A stretch of 64,000 bases of DNA from Schizochytrium sp. TIO01 (GCA_004764695.1 SMSO01000014.1:2041648-2105647), one strand, 5' to 3'; shown: positions 32,036-44,577, numbered from the stretch's first letter. Numbers and translations are program-made. Notes: generated by a model from the letters alone, not told the origin.

Positions 32036-33562
32036 CTTGTTGTTGTGCTTTGACTTATTCCTTCTTTGTTTCTCTCTTTTTGTCGATTTGGTGATAAATG
32101 TTTATTCTCAAACAAACAGGCAATTCAGAAAACCTTGCTTTTCCAAGAAACCGCGCTAGCGAAGACCTGTTTAGTTCTTGTAGAATAAGAATACTGTCTC
32201 GACTAAGTCCGGAGGCCACTATATAAGCAACTCTCGCGACGTGGTGGACGAATGACGTGTTTATTGAAGCCACTAGGTACTAGTAGTTCTTCATTTCTAA
32301 AACCTCGAAGCGCGTTCGCGCCGCCTCCTTCTCTACGACCAACCTTTAGGACCACTTACACGAGTGCTAGTGATATCTCTCAGCTTCTTCTATTTCTCCT
32401 CTTTCTTCTCCTACCTACCCGCTAGTTTATAATTTCTCTTTACAGGTAATTTATACCAGTCTGCAAATACAGTTTAGCGAAATATCCCATTGTAAGATAG
32501 AAAATAGTTTACTTACAATGCCAGATAGTTCACTTACGGGTCGACCAGCACAGTCGCCGACGAGCGGACGCGGAAACCAAGGCTGCGAATCCGAAATCAT
32601 GAAATCTCTGGCGAATCTGTGAAAGATATGGCGTAACGATACAAAACGAGCGCATGTTGCAACGGGGTACCCTAAAACTTGGTTTTGAGGCGGCGACAAA
32701 AACCACAAGGCGACTGCAGAAAGGATTTGGCGAATTGGTAACCTCGGAGTGGAAGTTGTATGGCGTGAGCGAGTGAAAGCGTGAAGGTGTGAGCGGATGT
32801 GTGTGCGAAAAATAAATAAAGTTAAAATTAAAGTTAAAGTTAAATTAAAAAATAAAACTCTGGCAGGCTGCTGCACAAATTTTGGAACCAGAAATCACGG
32901 CGATGTCCTCGCAGAGCCAACTCCAATCAATGCTTTACTTCTTAAAAGTAAATGTATATCAACCTGGGCAAACACCTAAGTCAAAGCATGTTAGAGTATA
33001 CGATGGTGGAGTTAGTTAGTACACACTCATAGTTTCTTACTTCATAGATGAAATTCTGGTACCCGTTAATTAGAGTTTGGGTCACATCCTGAATAAACCA
33101 CCAAAGAGACAAAGAAAAAGATCAGCATGCAGTTAAGCACGTTGTGACCGCCAGACGGAACCAAATGTCTATTTCGAAAACAATCTCTTTGCTGCAAGAT
33201 GACAACATCCAAAGGGCCGCATTTTATTTTAACATGTTAATCGTTTGGTGTAAGGATTCGTTTCAGACTAGAACTAGCTACAACCGCACGAGTAGTATGA
33301 TTATGTGTAGAAAGCAAGACACTGCTACTGCAACCGGCAAAGAGCCCAGGATAGAACTTCATTCAGGTGACTCTTGCAAAAGATCCACGCACCCATGATG
33401 GAGTACGTGTTTAGCTACTTTTGAAAATGTATGAAAATGTATTTATCGATGTATGTATAGATCTACATGGTTGACTTGTTGCATTGTTCCACAGAAGCGA
33501 GAAAAGAACAAATCAAAATGAGGAAAGCCTGTCTATGTACGTAAGTTGTTGTTTTTTCTGGC

Positions 33563-35041
33563 TTACGGAAGAACAGCAATCTCAAACTCGCTGCCAGTCT
33601 TCAAGAGGCGCTCACCAAGGACGCTACCAAGGGCTGTGGCCGGGGTGAAAATGCCACCTTGTTTGCCAGATGGCAATTCTGCGCGGTTAAGGACCATGCA
33701 GAGACCAGACTCAACAATCATGCGTGCAGTGTCGCGGTATCCAGGGTCCTTCGGGAAGTAGAACTGGGATTTCACCTTTGTACCCTTGGAGCCAATACCA
33801 TAACCAGTGACGACAAGGAATCCATCTTCCTGCATTTGAAGGCTAGGTCCCTCACCAGGGCTCGGCAGAAGACCAGTTGCCAAGGCAAACTTGCGTAAAA
33901 GAGGGTTGCCAAGAAGCAAGCCGCCAAGAATGCTGCTAATCAACCACGTGATGGTTGCAGAAAACCCAGGCAAAACCTGCTGCTCCTTGTAGCTGACGTT
34001 GGATCCGTAACCGTTGAGGGCGTTTGAGCGGCGAACACAGGCCTGGTTCACAGAGCTCATCAAGAAGTACGAGTACCAGGTTTTGTTCAACTCACTGTAA
34101 CCGAGCTTCTTCATGTTGATTGAAGTGTGGCAGTTGCTCTCCGAGCCGTCGGCCTTCATGTCCAGCGCGTTAAACTTGAGAGAAGTCTTAGGCTTCATGG
34201 GGTTATCCATGTGGTGGATGATAGTTGCAACGGTGCCACCAGACATTGTGCCAGCCACATCATCGTAGAACTCGACAGCTGAGAGCTCTTCGCCTGCATC
34301 GACTTCCTTGATCTTCTTAGCGAGGGCCTGAGTTGACAAGTCCCATGGAATGCAATCATGACCGCACATGTGCACAATCTTGGCGCCAGTGGACCGTGCA
34401 GTGGATTCGAAGGCCTCGATCGTCTCGCGCATCCAAGAAACCTCACCGGTCAAGTCACAGTAGTCTGTACCATAACGAACACAGGAAGCCACCAGAGGAG
34501 TACCAAACTTGGCGTAGGGACCGACGGTTGTGATCACAACACGGGTGCTGTTAACCATGAGATCAATGCTCATTTCATCACTTGTGTCGGCCACAATGAG
34601 GTCAATGTCGGCAAGGCCAGCGTCAATCTCCACTATCTCGTCACGAACCTTCTTCAGTTTAGAAAGGCTGCGTCCAGCAAGTGCCCAAGTAAACTCGCTC
34701 TTCGATCCATACTGCTTCGCAAGGTACTTTGCGGCGAGAGCGCCTGCAAATGAAGTGGCTCCCATAAGAACAAGGTCATACTTGCGGTCAGCACGAGGAG
34801 AACGATCCTTCGCGGATTCTACAGGCTGGATCTCGAGGTCGGAAGCCTCGATTTTGCGAGAGATCAACGGAAGTTTACCGACAATTGAGGAGAGTATGGC
34901 AATAGGAGTAACGAGTGCCAAAACAGGAAGCTTGATGGCAACAGCAGTGAACAACTTCATTACGCCGGCACTGCCATCGTACGGACCCTTTTTGCCATCG
35001 CGCTTCTTGAAGTCCGTGAACCGTTCCACGTCGCGAATCAT
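33563..35041 (-). CDS. Saccharopine dehydrogenase-like oxidoreductase (SCCPDH/trans-acting enoyl reductase family), copy A
   Basis: YDLVLMGATSFAG, WALAGRS, VITTVGPYAKFG, YCDLTGE, GHDCIPWD, SGGT, PSPGEGP, DPGYRDTARM..ESGLC, GGIFTPA. Confidence 0.92.
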   Translation of the reverse strand: MIRDVERFTDFKKRDGKKGPYDGSAGVMKLFTAVAIKLPVLALVTPIAILSSIVGKLPLISRKIEASDLEIQPVESAKDRSPRADRKYDLVLMGATSFAGALAAKYLAKQYGSKSEFTWALAGRSLSKLKKVRDEIVEIDAGLADIDLIVADTSDEMSIDLMVNSTRVVITTVGPYAKFGTPLVASCVRYGTDYCDLTGEVSWMRETIEAFESTARSTGAKIVHMCGHDCIPWDLSTQALAKKIKEVDAGEELSAVEFYDDVAGTMSGGTVATIIHHMDNPMKPKTSLKFNALDMKADGSESNCHTSINMKKLGYSELNKTWYSYFLMSSVNQACVRRSNALNGYGSNVSYKEQQVLPGFSATITWLISSILGGLLLGNPLLRKFALATGLLPSPGEGPSLQMQEDGFLVVTGYGIGSKGTKVKSQFYFPKDPGYRDTARMIVESGLCMVLNRAELPSGKQGGIFTPATALGSVLGERLLKTGSEFEIAVLP

Positions 35042-38000
35042 CGTGTCTTTCTTGACGTATCTAAACTGTCAAGAATAATCTTATCCAAGCTCTACAGTTA
35101 CCCAATAAATCGAAACCAGACAACAGCGCAAATGTTTTCAAATCACGTCAGTCTCCAACGCCAGACAAGAACGTCGCTGCGCCCCTCCCTCAACAAGTCT
35201 GAGGCACGGCGGCACAGGGTCAATCCAGATATTTCTAGATACAACAGACAGATAGAGTAAACTATCTTCTATGTGCGTCGACTTCGGCAGCGGCTCGTTG
35301 CGGTTTTGCTCGCAGCGCGCTAACTCACTGTATCCCAAGCTTACTTGATTTCAAGCGTCTTCGCCAACTCCGTCTGGTCCGCGGCTACCGCAAACCAAGA
35401 GTCTCTCGCAGTTGAGCTGGCCCGATCTTTTCCGGTTTGCTTGCCTCTGCTCCTTCTGCAATCTCCAAATATCAATTCCACGTACCCATTCGCAGTTCTT
35501 GGACTCGGACATGCGCCTCAGCTCATGTAATATTCAACCCACATGTTTTTTATTACAAGACTATTCATTTAACCAAGGATATCCTGGCCCTACAATCACT
35601 GAAACGAGATCGGAAGGGCATATGGACTACAAATACAACATCATATTCTGAGTACATATCTGCTTGTATTATAGATGAAGGTGGCATGGGGGCAACGTGC
35701 CGAGAGGGTGGTTTTACGAGAAACGGGAAAGTAAAGGATCGAGAAGACTGGACTTTGGGTTGGTGGTTCGTGGCATTTGGAGGCTCGGGAGTACCTAAGG
35801 ATATGGTCGAAGCCCCGAACCGCACGAATGAATGTCAGACGTCGTCTTTGAAGGCTTCGGTCAGCGCATACACGCCCTGAAATGGAGCTCGACGTTGATT
35901 ACATATCCGGGTGACCTCGATTGCGAGAGGGTTTTAGGATAGAGTTACGTATCTGGCGGTTTCGTAGTCTGATGACGCTGAATGTGAGAAGAAATATGCG
36001 GCGGTGCTTGTGATAATGATAACCTTCTAGACTTCGTTTGGCTTCTGGCTCCATCAGCATAGTTGGTAAATCAACAAGAAAGTCGAAATATTTGCGGGAA
36101 AGTTGGAGCATTCAGCGGTCCAGAAACCTCATCTGTTTCGCTTCTACATTTTTGGCGACCATGGATATCTAGATGTAACTCATGGTCAGTTATTGGAGTT
36201 GTTTGTCCTCTGTGGTACCCAGCCAAAAAGAGGTACCATTTAATACTGTACCACTTTGGTACAGCTTGACGTCATGAAGGGACCCTTAGGTTTGCTTACC
36301 TGCCTGGTTAGTACCTAAAGAGTCACCCTCCCAAGGCTGAACCTTTCTACGTACGGACCTGCGTAGGAGAAGTCAAGTTAAAGGTGTTCTCACGAAGTTG
36401 AAGGCGAACTTGATTTTCAGGGTTTGTGCCTTCCTTTGGTACTTTCTAGCCTCGTCGTCCCTGTGCAACTTGGATTTCATGAACGAAAACCAGAATCCCT
36501 CGTATACATACTTTCAAGGCGGTGTGTCTTCCAAGACATCATTTCACAACGAGCTTAACTAAAGGTAATCTCGCAAACACTCGTAAGTCAAGGTGCCAAC
36601 CTAAGCATGGCACCCAGGGCAAAGGGACGAAAGCCTTTCTTCGTGCTTGTGCTGATAAGTAGGTAGGTATGTAATTACCTGATATTCTTTGACTCGAGTC
36701 CATACCCACGCCCCAGGGCTACTAATAACATCCTGTGACTAGCGAGAGTGTTGAAGGCATCTGAAGATCGTGTAAACCGAGTCACCACAACCACTTAAAT
36801 TTCAAGGTGCTGTCATTTGGGTGTGTGCTCTCCAGTTATTTCCTTAATGAAATTGCAACAAGAACACTCGGTTCCCATCGAACTGAAGCTGCAATAGAAT
36901 AACAGTCATCAAAGTGGGTAGTACGCCACAAAATTGCGATTAGGCTTCGTTTAGATGAAGACCTGCACGCTTTTTTTCGTAGATAAGACAAAGAGTGCGT
37001 GCTTCAAGATACTTTATGATACGCACCTTCAGGAAATAAGATCTGACAGCGCGTGAAAGCTACTGCGATAAGTTAAACCATGATCTTTTTATTCTTTTCT
37101 GTTCTTTTCTTGAAATAGCCTTTTTTTTTGGAAGGCTTAGGAGTGCGTAGCTGGAGCAGCACGAGCGGCTGCTAACAGGTATGGTCTTTTGGTAGCCTTC
37201 CTCGGCAAACGGGAACCGGAGAACTGTCGTCATCGCGAAATTGCAGACATTAAAAACGCTATGAAATACCTAAGGTTGCTGGGCCTAATATCGTGCCAGC
37301 CAACCCGCATTTTCTCATGACATTGATGGCTGATTCTAGGCCTCCTACGCCGTCTGAGTGCTCTGCCTAGTAGGAGTGTAAAAGTAGAAGAAGTAAAATG
37401 ATTGCTTCGTTTAAGTGTGTGGACCTGGTAGCTGCTCCTTAAATCAATTTTGTTTTCACATGCTGATATTGGAAAGTAGGCAAACACGACAAAGACTTTA
37501 AACCTCCACGTAGTATGGCGTTAACGAGCAAGGCTCGTTCGTGAATGCAACCATGATGCGTAAAGTTTTCAAAACCTACTACTATCACTATGCACTCAGA
37601 TGTTGAGTTGCAATTTGTGTGTGCTCCATCCGATATTCACCAACAAAAACGCATTGATCATAATTCTCGTCAAGACTCCTCTCGAAAATCTGACCGAGCC
37701 CAGGGCTCAGGCGTCCAGGCGTCTAGGCATCTGAATCGATGAACCCGATATCATCATATTCATTCACTTGCTGCCTTTTTTGTTTAGTCACAGACGGTGA
37801 TTGATGGATCTATGGTTGTTCCGTGTTGGTTCTGTCGACGCGCGTGTGCATCAGGTCTTAAGGTATTTGCTGAGATCTGCCTAAGGTTTATGATTTATCT
37901 TGCTTCAGCGTCAGGGGTTACCAGAAGTCACACGAAATGCTGCCACTCCTTTGCTAATTTCAAGCCGCAGGATTACCACTCGCCCAGCCTGAGGATTTCA

Positions 38001-39073
38001 ACTTGCATTGCGGAGGTTGATGTTGTCAGGAGCAGGAACTTACTTAGCGGGGAATGCAGCTTCTGGTAGCGTCATTGAGCTGCTTTTCTTCAAGCCCAAA
38101 AGATTTAGTAAGGCAGCTAGCTTTCTCAGGGTTGTTGGATTGATCTTCTTTGTTCGAATACACACATTTTTTCATCTATTAAAAAGAATGTGTTTGACTT
38201 TTATTCTCTGTTTTGTGCACGTCAGAAATCGTAATTTCAGGCCTATCACGTCGTCTTTAGCGGCTGCAACTCACACGCACGAGACGATGAAGACAGTCCT
38301 TGCGAAAGATTGCAGAATGCTGAGCTTGCACGCACAGGCAGCTTGCTGGACTCAACTATAGATGTATGTTGTTTTGGCTGCTGCACGTGCGCAAGTCGTA
38401 CCTGAAATTGGGGTTCATCAAACAAAGTGAAGTCTGCAACTTTGTGGAAGAGAACCACCAGTTCGGGCCCTATCCGTATGATTCCGAGCGTTGAACCATT
38501 GCCGTGTACACAATCCTAGCGGTGATTTCGCGGAGTAGCGAGCGAGGGATGAATGGGAAATCCCTCAAGATAAGTAAACCCCAAATTGCTGACGGGTCTG
38601 CGGCTCCGGGCTCATTTCGTTCGTGCCAGAATAAATATTGGCTTCTCAACATACTTTAGGTAGTCGTCTTGCTGAGGCGAGCCTTGGAAAGAGAAGGAAC
38701 TGGATTGAGGCAAACGAAGTCGAAAGCACACAAAACGCGATTGCACGAGAAAGGGAAGAGAAGTACTAGTAGGAGAAACCGAGTTACTCCTGAAGTAATT
38801 TTTGGGTCCTCCTCTCATTTGCCGCGCGCCATAAGGATTTGTGTATACGTACGCCTTGGGTAAGTACTCGCGAGACCAGGCCCCTGACAGAGGTCTAGAC
38901 TTTAAGTTGCCCGTCCTGATTGCACTGTAGTTGTCTTGTCGAAGGGGGTCAAAGGAAGAGGGAAAACATAACGATAGTGGAACTGTTATTCTAGACTGAG
39001 ATTAGCCAGGAAGACACAAGGCGCTGTCTGGTAGACCCAAAACTCGAGATTATTCACATAAGAGGACCACAGG

Positions 39074-40672
39074 ATGCACGATAATGTGGAGAAGTTCACA
39101 GACTTCAAGGCCCGCGATAGCAAAGAGTCACCGTATGATTCCACTTCTTATGTAGTTATCACTTTACTCCTCAAGTTACCCACGTTGATTTTCGTTGTGG
39201 TTCCCATTGTGATTATCACCAACATTATTGAGGTATGTGTGGGTCTTTGCATTTCTGCTTCTGATGATGCAGAAGTTCATGATAGCGAGGATCATAATGG
39301 CGCGCGAGATGATGATGCAGAACCTATGAATCTTGAACTTCGAAGATTCGATATTGTCATTGTCGGCGCTTATGGATACACAGGGACAAAGGCAGCCATC
39401 TATATGGCTAGAAACTACTCAAAGACCGTGAAGTGGGCGATCGCAGGGCGTGACATTCAAAAACTTGAGCAGCTTCGTGGTGAACTCACTCAGTACGACA
39501 CTAGCTTAGCAAACATGCCAACTTTAATCGTTGACGTGACAGATCGCAGTAGCTGTGCTGCACTTTGTAATCAAACCCGTGTTCTAGCCAATGCTGCTGG
39601 ACCGTACGCAAAGTATGGTCAGACTATTGTCAGTCAGGCTGTGGTTTACGGCTGTTCATATGTCGATATTACGAGCGAGGCATCTTGGGCACGAGAAATG
39701 TCGCGAGAGTACGCTGCATTGGCAGCAAACACCGGTGCTCGCATCGTCAATTTTGCAGGGCACGATTGTGTCCCAGTCGACCTTTGTGTCCTTCAGCTTT
39801 TTGAAACCCTCAAGGACGTCAATCCAGAGACAACAATTGACCGTATTGAGTTGTATGAGGAAGGTCGTGCAAAGGTCTCGGGAGGCACGATAGATACCTA
39901 CCTCTACCACAAGAAAAATTATCATCCTGAGCGCAGCAAGATTGATCCTTTTGATGTTTACCAGGATGGCGAACGATCATGGAACCGAATCACAAATAGT
40001 TCTGACTCTTACTTTGGGTACTCCGGCCTTCAGGAATCATGGTATGTATCGTCATATGTTGCCGCAGCCAACTATGCAACTATCCGTCGATCTAACGTTT
40101 TGAAAAATTACGGAGCCATCATACGTTACAAGGACCAGCTTTTGCTTCCATCTTTCTCTGCTGTTTGTGCATGGTATGTAGACGCTGGATTATTTGCCTG
40201 CATGGCACTTAATAGTACTTTTCGCACATGTGCACGTGGGCTTGGACTGATGCCTTCCCCTGGCGAGGGTCCATCTGATGAAGAAATGGATGAAGGCTAC
40301 TTTTTGCAGCATGGGCACTGCATTGGCATGGATGGTTCATACGTTGCTGCGCAGCTTTACTTCAAAACTGACACACTTTACCGTCTTACGGCGGCCATGT
40401 TTATAGAGTCAGCCTTATGCTTTGTTATCCACAACGAAGAAATCGAAAGCCAGGGCGGGTTTTATACTCCCGCTGGTTGCTTTGATTCCTTCCTTCGTGA
40501 CCGTCTTCTCCGTGCTAATCTTTGCGAAATTGAAACTAGAATCATTCGTTCTTCATTAGACCATGTAGATGAAGAACAAAATGACGGCGGTGCTGGAGAT
40601 GAAGGAGAGGTGCAGCTCACCGTCAAAGACCCTACATCTCGAACCCCAGCATCAGATGAGGATGAAGACTAA
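39074..40672 (+). CDS. Saccharopine dehydrogenase-like oxidoreductase, copy B
   Basis: FDIVIVGAYGYTG, WAIAGRD, AGPYAKYG, YVDITSE, GHDCVPVD, SGGT, PSPGEGP, ESALC, GGFYTPA. Colinear with copy A. Confidence 0.9.
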   Translation: MHDNVEKFTDFKARDSKESPYDSTSYVVITLLLKLPTLIFVVVPIVIITNIIEVCVGLCISASDDAEVHDSEDHNGARDDDAEPMNLELRRFDIVIVGAYGYTGTKAAIYMARNYSKTVKWAIAGRDIQKLEQLRGELTQYDTSLANMPTLIVDVTDRSSCAALCNQTRVLANAAGPYAKYGQTIVSQAVVYGCSYVDITSEASWAREMSREYAALAANTGARIVNFAGHDCVPVDLCVLQLFETLKDVNPETTIDRIELYEEGRAKVSGGTIDTYLYHKKNYHPERSKIDPFDVYQDGERSWNRITNSSDSYFGYSGLQESWYVSSYVAAANYATIRRSNVLKNYGAIIRYKDQLLLPSFSAVCAWYVDAGLFACMALNSTFRTCARGLGLMPSPGEGPSDEEMDEGYFLQHGHCIGMDGSYVAAQLYFKTDTLYRLTAAMFIESALCFVIHNEEIESQGGFYTPAGCFDSFLRDRLLRANLCEIETRIIRSSLDHVDEEQNDGGAGDEGEVQLTVKDPTSRTPASDEDED

Positions 40673-41066
40673 GCTATTCAGGAATCCTCCCTGCGATGAT
40701 TTGCGCATTGCAATTTATAACCTTTGTTTCAGCAGCCTTCTTCGTAATCCTCTAGCGTACTGGAACTCTTCTCCCCTTGTATTTTGATTCTTGCACATTT
40801 CTCTTACATGTGTGAGTACCTATACGACATCTGATCATTATAACAATTTAAGAAACGCTTTACTACCATCATTTTGAATATTTTTTGAGATGTTAATCAT
40901 AGTCTTCTTCTTCAATGTTGGTAAAGAAAAGACCATCTCCAGGTCCACTTATTGCACTAGATACTAGATTCTACTTTCCAGAATAGTACAACAATACCAA
41001 AAGACAAACCAAAGAAAGAATACATGTATAGATAGATTTTATTTTCTATGAATGGGCGTCAGAGTT

Positions 41067-43028
41067 TTAGAGCGCCTTCGGAGATGGTATTAGTTTATCT
41101 AAAGCCTTGGAGATAATTTTGTATTCACCTAGCAATGCCCGCACTTCTTGAATAGTTAGATCATCCAGATCACGGTTTTGAAACCTGCACCGCTCTTCCT
41201 TCCAAGCCTGGATAGATGCAGGCTGAGGTTCTATTCCAGCAAATTCGGCAAGAACATGAGCAGCGCTATCTAAATTTGATGATAGGGAATCCTCTAGAGT
41301 ATTTCGTACTGCACAATGGCGTGGCAAGATTGCATCTGCTCCCTGCGGACGCCCTTCAGCCTCGGCGATCACGATTGCTTCGCTTTCAAACGATATGCCT
41401 TCCCAACCATAGGAGAAATTCGGTTCCTTTTCAATTTCGCGCTTGCAGTGCTCCACGAAAATGTCAAACCTCTCTGCAGTCATTCCAGAAAGCATGGTAC
41501 TGTCTAACGTTTGCAAAAAGGCTGCGGCACTTGCTAATTGCGTGAAGAAGTATCCAGCCTCGCCTTTGAGACGAGCAGGGTTACGAAATGCAGCAATATA
41601 CTCTATGTTCATGTGAATGTCCTGTGGGTTTTCTTTCAGTAGTACAAAGATCAGAGCAGGAAGCAAATCATCAGCACCAAAAAGTTTCCCGTCTGCTCCT
41701 AGCAGACTGATAACAAGGCGACAAGCATTCAACAGGCATACAAGCTTGTCTCGAGGACTTTTAAACTCGTTCATTTTCGAAAGTTCAGATCCAGCTTGTT
41801 GCCACTGAGACAAATTATTCAGACCAAAGTTCCGCACTTCGAGATTTTCAGGCCTTAAAAAGCTTAACTGTCTTATTTTCTCGCTCAGCTCACGGCTCAA
41901 GAGTTTAGACCTATTCATACAGCCGAACAACACGCCATGTAGTTTGGAGAGGACGAACTTTTCAAGAGCTTCACACGTGTTGTTCCAATTCTCCTCTTTT
42001 GCATATTTCCACAAAGAATGAACCTTCATTTTTGCTTCAAGCTTGCGCATGGCCGCATGGAAATCGCGAGAAAGCTCGACCAGGGGACCCTCGGCGAGAT
42101 CCCCCCCATTATTGATGCTTGTTGACGAGAAGCTAATTGCATTCCAGCTAGAGAATAGATTTCCAACAGAAGACTCGCCCTCTGATAAATTTCCTGCTTC
42201 TGCGGAAAACCGTGTCACTAAAGCTTTGATGGAGGCTACAATATCAGATGCCTGAGGATCTTTTAAAGACTGAATAAAGCTTGCATAGCCTGTTTTATTT
42301 TGTGAATGTGAAGGCTGCCGAGTTGATTGTACAGAGATATTTCCCGAATTTGATTTCACAAATGAATTATCGTCTACATCCTCATCAGTCTCAATGTTGC
42401 TCTGCCCAAGTGTCTTTGAGGTAGTTGACGAAAAGGATGCGCTCGCCTCGTTATTGCCAACAGAGGTAATTGTCGAACTGCTTCCAAAACTTCGCATTGA
42501 CGAACCAATTGGCACAGGCCCAGTTTGCGTAGAGATCTTATTAAGAAACTGCATTATCTGTTTAGTCACAGGAAATGCAAAACCGGGAGGCACATCGTTT
42601 GCTGCCTCCAGATCTCCGGCCTCTGTAGTACTCGAGCTGGAAGGTGACTTAACGAGGTCAATCTCTATTTTTTCATCTATCATACTATGTTCATTGACAC
42701 CTTCTTCTCCTTTGTCCTCCACAAAAGCAGTTTGCACAGCTCGTGCAGACTCTAGCAATTCTTCGCGCCTTTGCTGAAAACTTGCAGGTCGAACAGACTT
42801 TGAAGCCGCACCAGTCGTACCAACCCCAAAAGGATTCGTATTGCCTTTTATCGAGCTTGGAAAAGCCTGCAATGCCGTGAAGGGGTCAAAAGAAGTCTCC
42901 GTGCCCTCAGACTGGTCCTGCCGGGCCTCGCCCCCTGCAAGATCGTCTGGAACTGTCGAAGAGGCTGAGCTTTCTTGTGTGGAGGCAAAAGCATCAGCAT
43001 CGTGCTCTTCACCTTCGGTACTACCCAT
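41067..43028 (-). CDS. VPS9-domain Rab5-type guanine nucleotide exchange factor
   Basis: LEKFVLSKLH, ELSKMNEFKSPRDKLVCLLNAC, GADDLLPALIFVLLKENP, GEAGYFFTQL. First ATG at 43028. An acceptor-like ttgtctctctttccAG at about 43054 suggests an upstream intron. Confidence 0.92.
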   Translation of the reverse strand: MGSTEGEEHDADAFASTQESSASSTVPDDLAGGEARQDQSEGTETSFDPFTALQAFPSSIKGNTNPFGVGTTGAASKSVRPASFQQRREELLESARAVQTAFVEDKGEEGVNEHSMIDEKIEIDLVKSPSSSSTTEAGDLEAANDVPPGFAFPVTKQIMQFLNKISTQTGPVPIGSSMRSFGSSSTITSVGNNEASASFSSTTSKTLGQSNIETDEDVDDNSFVKSNSGNISVQSTRQPSHSQNKTGYASFIQSLKDPQASDIVASIKALVTRFSAEAGNLSEGESSVGNLFSSWNAISFSSTSINNGGDLAEGPLVELSRDFHAAMRKLEAKMKVHSLWKYAKEENWNNTCEALEKFVLSKLHGVLFGCMNRSKLLSRELSEKIRQLSFLRPENLEVRNFGLNNLSQWQQAGSELSKMNEFKSPRDKLVCLLNACRLVISLLGADGKLFGADDLLPALIFVLLKENPQDIHMNIEYIAAFRNPARLKGEAGYFFTQLASAAAFLQTLDSTMLSGMTAERFDIFVEHCKREIEKEPNFSYGWEGISFESEAIVIAEAEGRPQGADAILPRHCAVRNTLEDSLSSNLDSAAHVLAEFAGIEPQPASIQAWKEERCRFQNRDLDDLTIQEVRALLGEYKIISKALDKLIPSPKAL

Positions 43029-43557
43029 GACACGAAACGAGACGCCTCTACACCTGGAAAGAGAGACAAAATGAGAACAACAGACTGACGCACTCGTATT
43101 AACTCTGCCCAATATCTGTAGGACAAAATCTTCTCAAGACAACGTTGAGAAATAGATATTTGTTGACCTGGGTTGCTTTACTGAGCCTTTTCACCGAAAA
43201 GCCATGCTACTCTGACCTTAATCATTTTACTAAATTTTATTTTTTGGTAAAAACATATCTCTACTAATGGTTTATAATGTAGTTTGGCCAAATAACAAAA
43301 TTATTGTGTGGCAAAATTTGTGTGGCAAAATCAGATGAGTGCACGGGGGCACAGGTTTACTCTATTTGAAATAGGATTAAATCAATAATTGATGTAAAGT
43401 CAGAAACCATAATATCACTTTTGACATTTATTTTTATCATACCGATGGTATCTTTTCTTTCTGAAGAAGAAGAAGAAAAAAAAAACGAGCTACCTCTGTG
43501 ATTGTCACAATTGTACCATGCTTCACTCATGAAAAGAGGCTTTCAACCTGCTTTATA

Positions 43558-44577
43558 TCACTTTGGCTTTTTATTTGATTTTGCGAAATCTTCATCAACG
43601 GAATTTGACGTTGGTTTAAGATGTTCTTGTGAGTCTATTAAAGAAGCAGAAAGTTTGCGCTTACATCTCCAGTTTCGCATACGTTCATTTATAAACCAAG
43701 TTGAAATTTGTGCTGGTTCCAGACCTGTCTCTTCTATTAAAGCATCTTTCTCTGAATTTGACGGATATGGGGTTTCCTCGTGCTCTGCAAACCATTTCTT
43801 CAGAGCTTTCTTCGCATGTTTTGGAAAATTTGCACGAGAACGATATATGCCTTTTGATTTTGCAACAAGTGTCTGATGTGTACTTGGGGACATAGTGCCT
43901 CTGTGATCCTCGAATGATGAGATTTCATCATTTGCTTTCTTTCTATTTCTCAGACCGCCATTTTGTTCGGAGAGTATCCTCAGAAAAGATCTTTTGAAAT
44001 TTAAGCGAAGCAACCCCCATTTAATATAGCTATTGAATATCGCATTTTCTAGCGCTCCAAAATTGCCTGGACATTTACAGTACAGATCCAAACAATAACT
44101 CTGTCTTGTTAATAACCAGCTGTGGTTAGAATTGAATGTTTGCGTCAAATCTTGAAATTCTGCACATTTCGCTCTATCTCTCTCTATTTCTGATGTTATA
44201 GTATTAATTTTAGAGTCGAGTAAAGCTTCTTGACTCCGAAGAGAGTTCAATTTAGCCCGTGGTTCGTCGCTCTTATTAGTTTCATCAACCGCAATTATAC
44301 TTTCAATACTTTGAATAAATTTAATTTTGTGATGGTAACTAGAACCAACAGAACCAGTGAGACACTTGTCTAAATGGTGTCTGGCTTCTTCGCATGATTT
44401 CGGAGCAGAAATATGGAATGGAATATCAAGCTCGAGGCTTTTCAACTCTTGACTGCACTCTGAATGTTTATCCAAAGTGGAGCTGCCCCATCTATCTGAT
44501 CCAGAGAAGTCAGAAAAAACTGATTGCTCATCAGCACAAGCTCCCGGGCTGCATATGGGATCTAGGAGCTTGTTCAT
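43558..44577 (-). CDS. TALE-class homeodomain transcription factor
   Basis: RSRANFPKHAKKALKKWFAEHEETPYPSNSEKDALIEETGLEPAQISTWFINERMRNW: three-residue loop extension before PYP and helix-3 WFIN. A coiled-coil-like segment lies upstream. Confidence 0.9.
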   Translation of the reverse strand: MNKLLDPICSPGACADEQSVFSDFSGSDRWGSSTLDKHSECSQELKSLELDIPFHISAPKSCEEARHHLDKCLTGSVGSSYHHKIKFIQSIESIIAVDETNKSDEPRAKLNSLRSQEALLDSKINTITSEIERDRAKCAEFQDLTQTFNSNHSWLLTRQSYCLDLYCKCPGNFGALENAIFNSYIKWGLLRLNFKRSFLRILSEQNGGLRNRKKANDEISSFEDHRGTMSPSTHQTLVAKSKGIYRSRANFPKHAKKALKKWFAEHEETPYPSNSEKDALIEETGLEPAQISTWFINERMRNWRCKRKLSASLIDSQEHLKPTSNSVDEDFAKSNKKPK

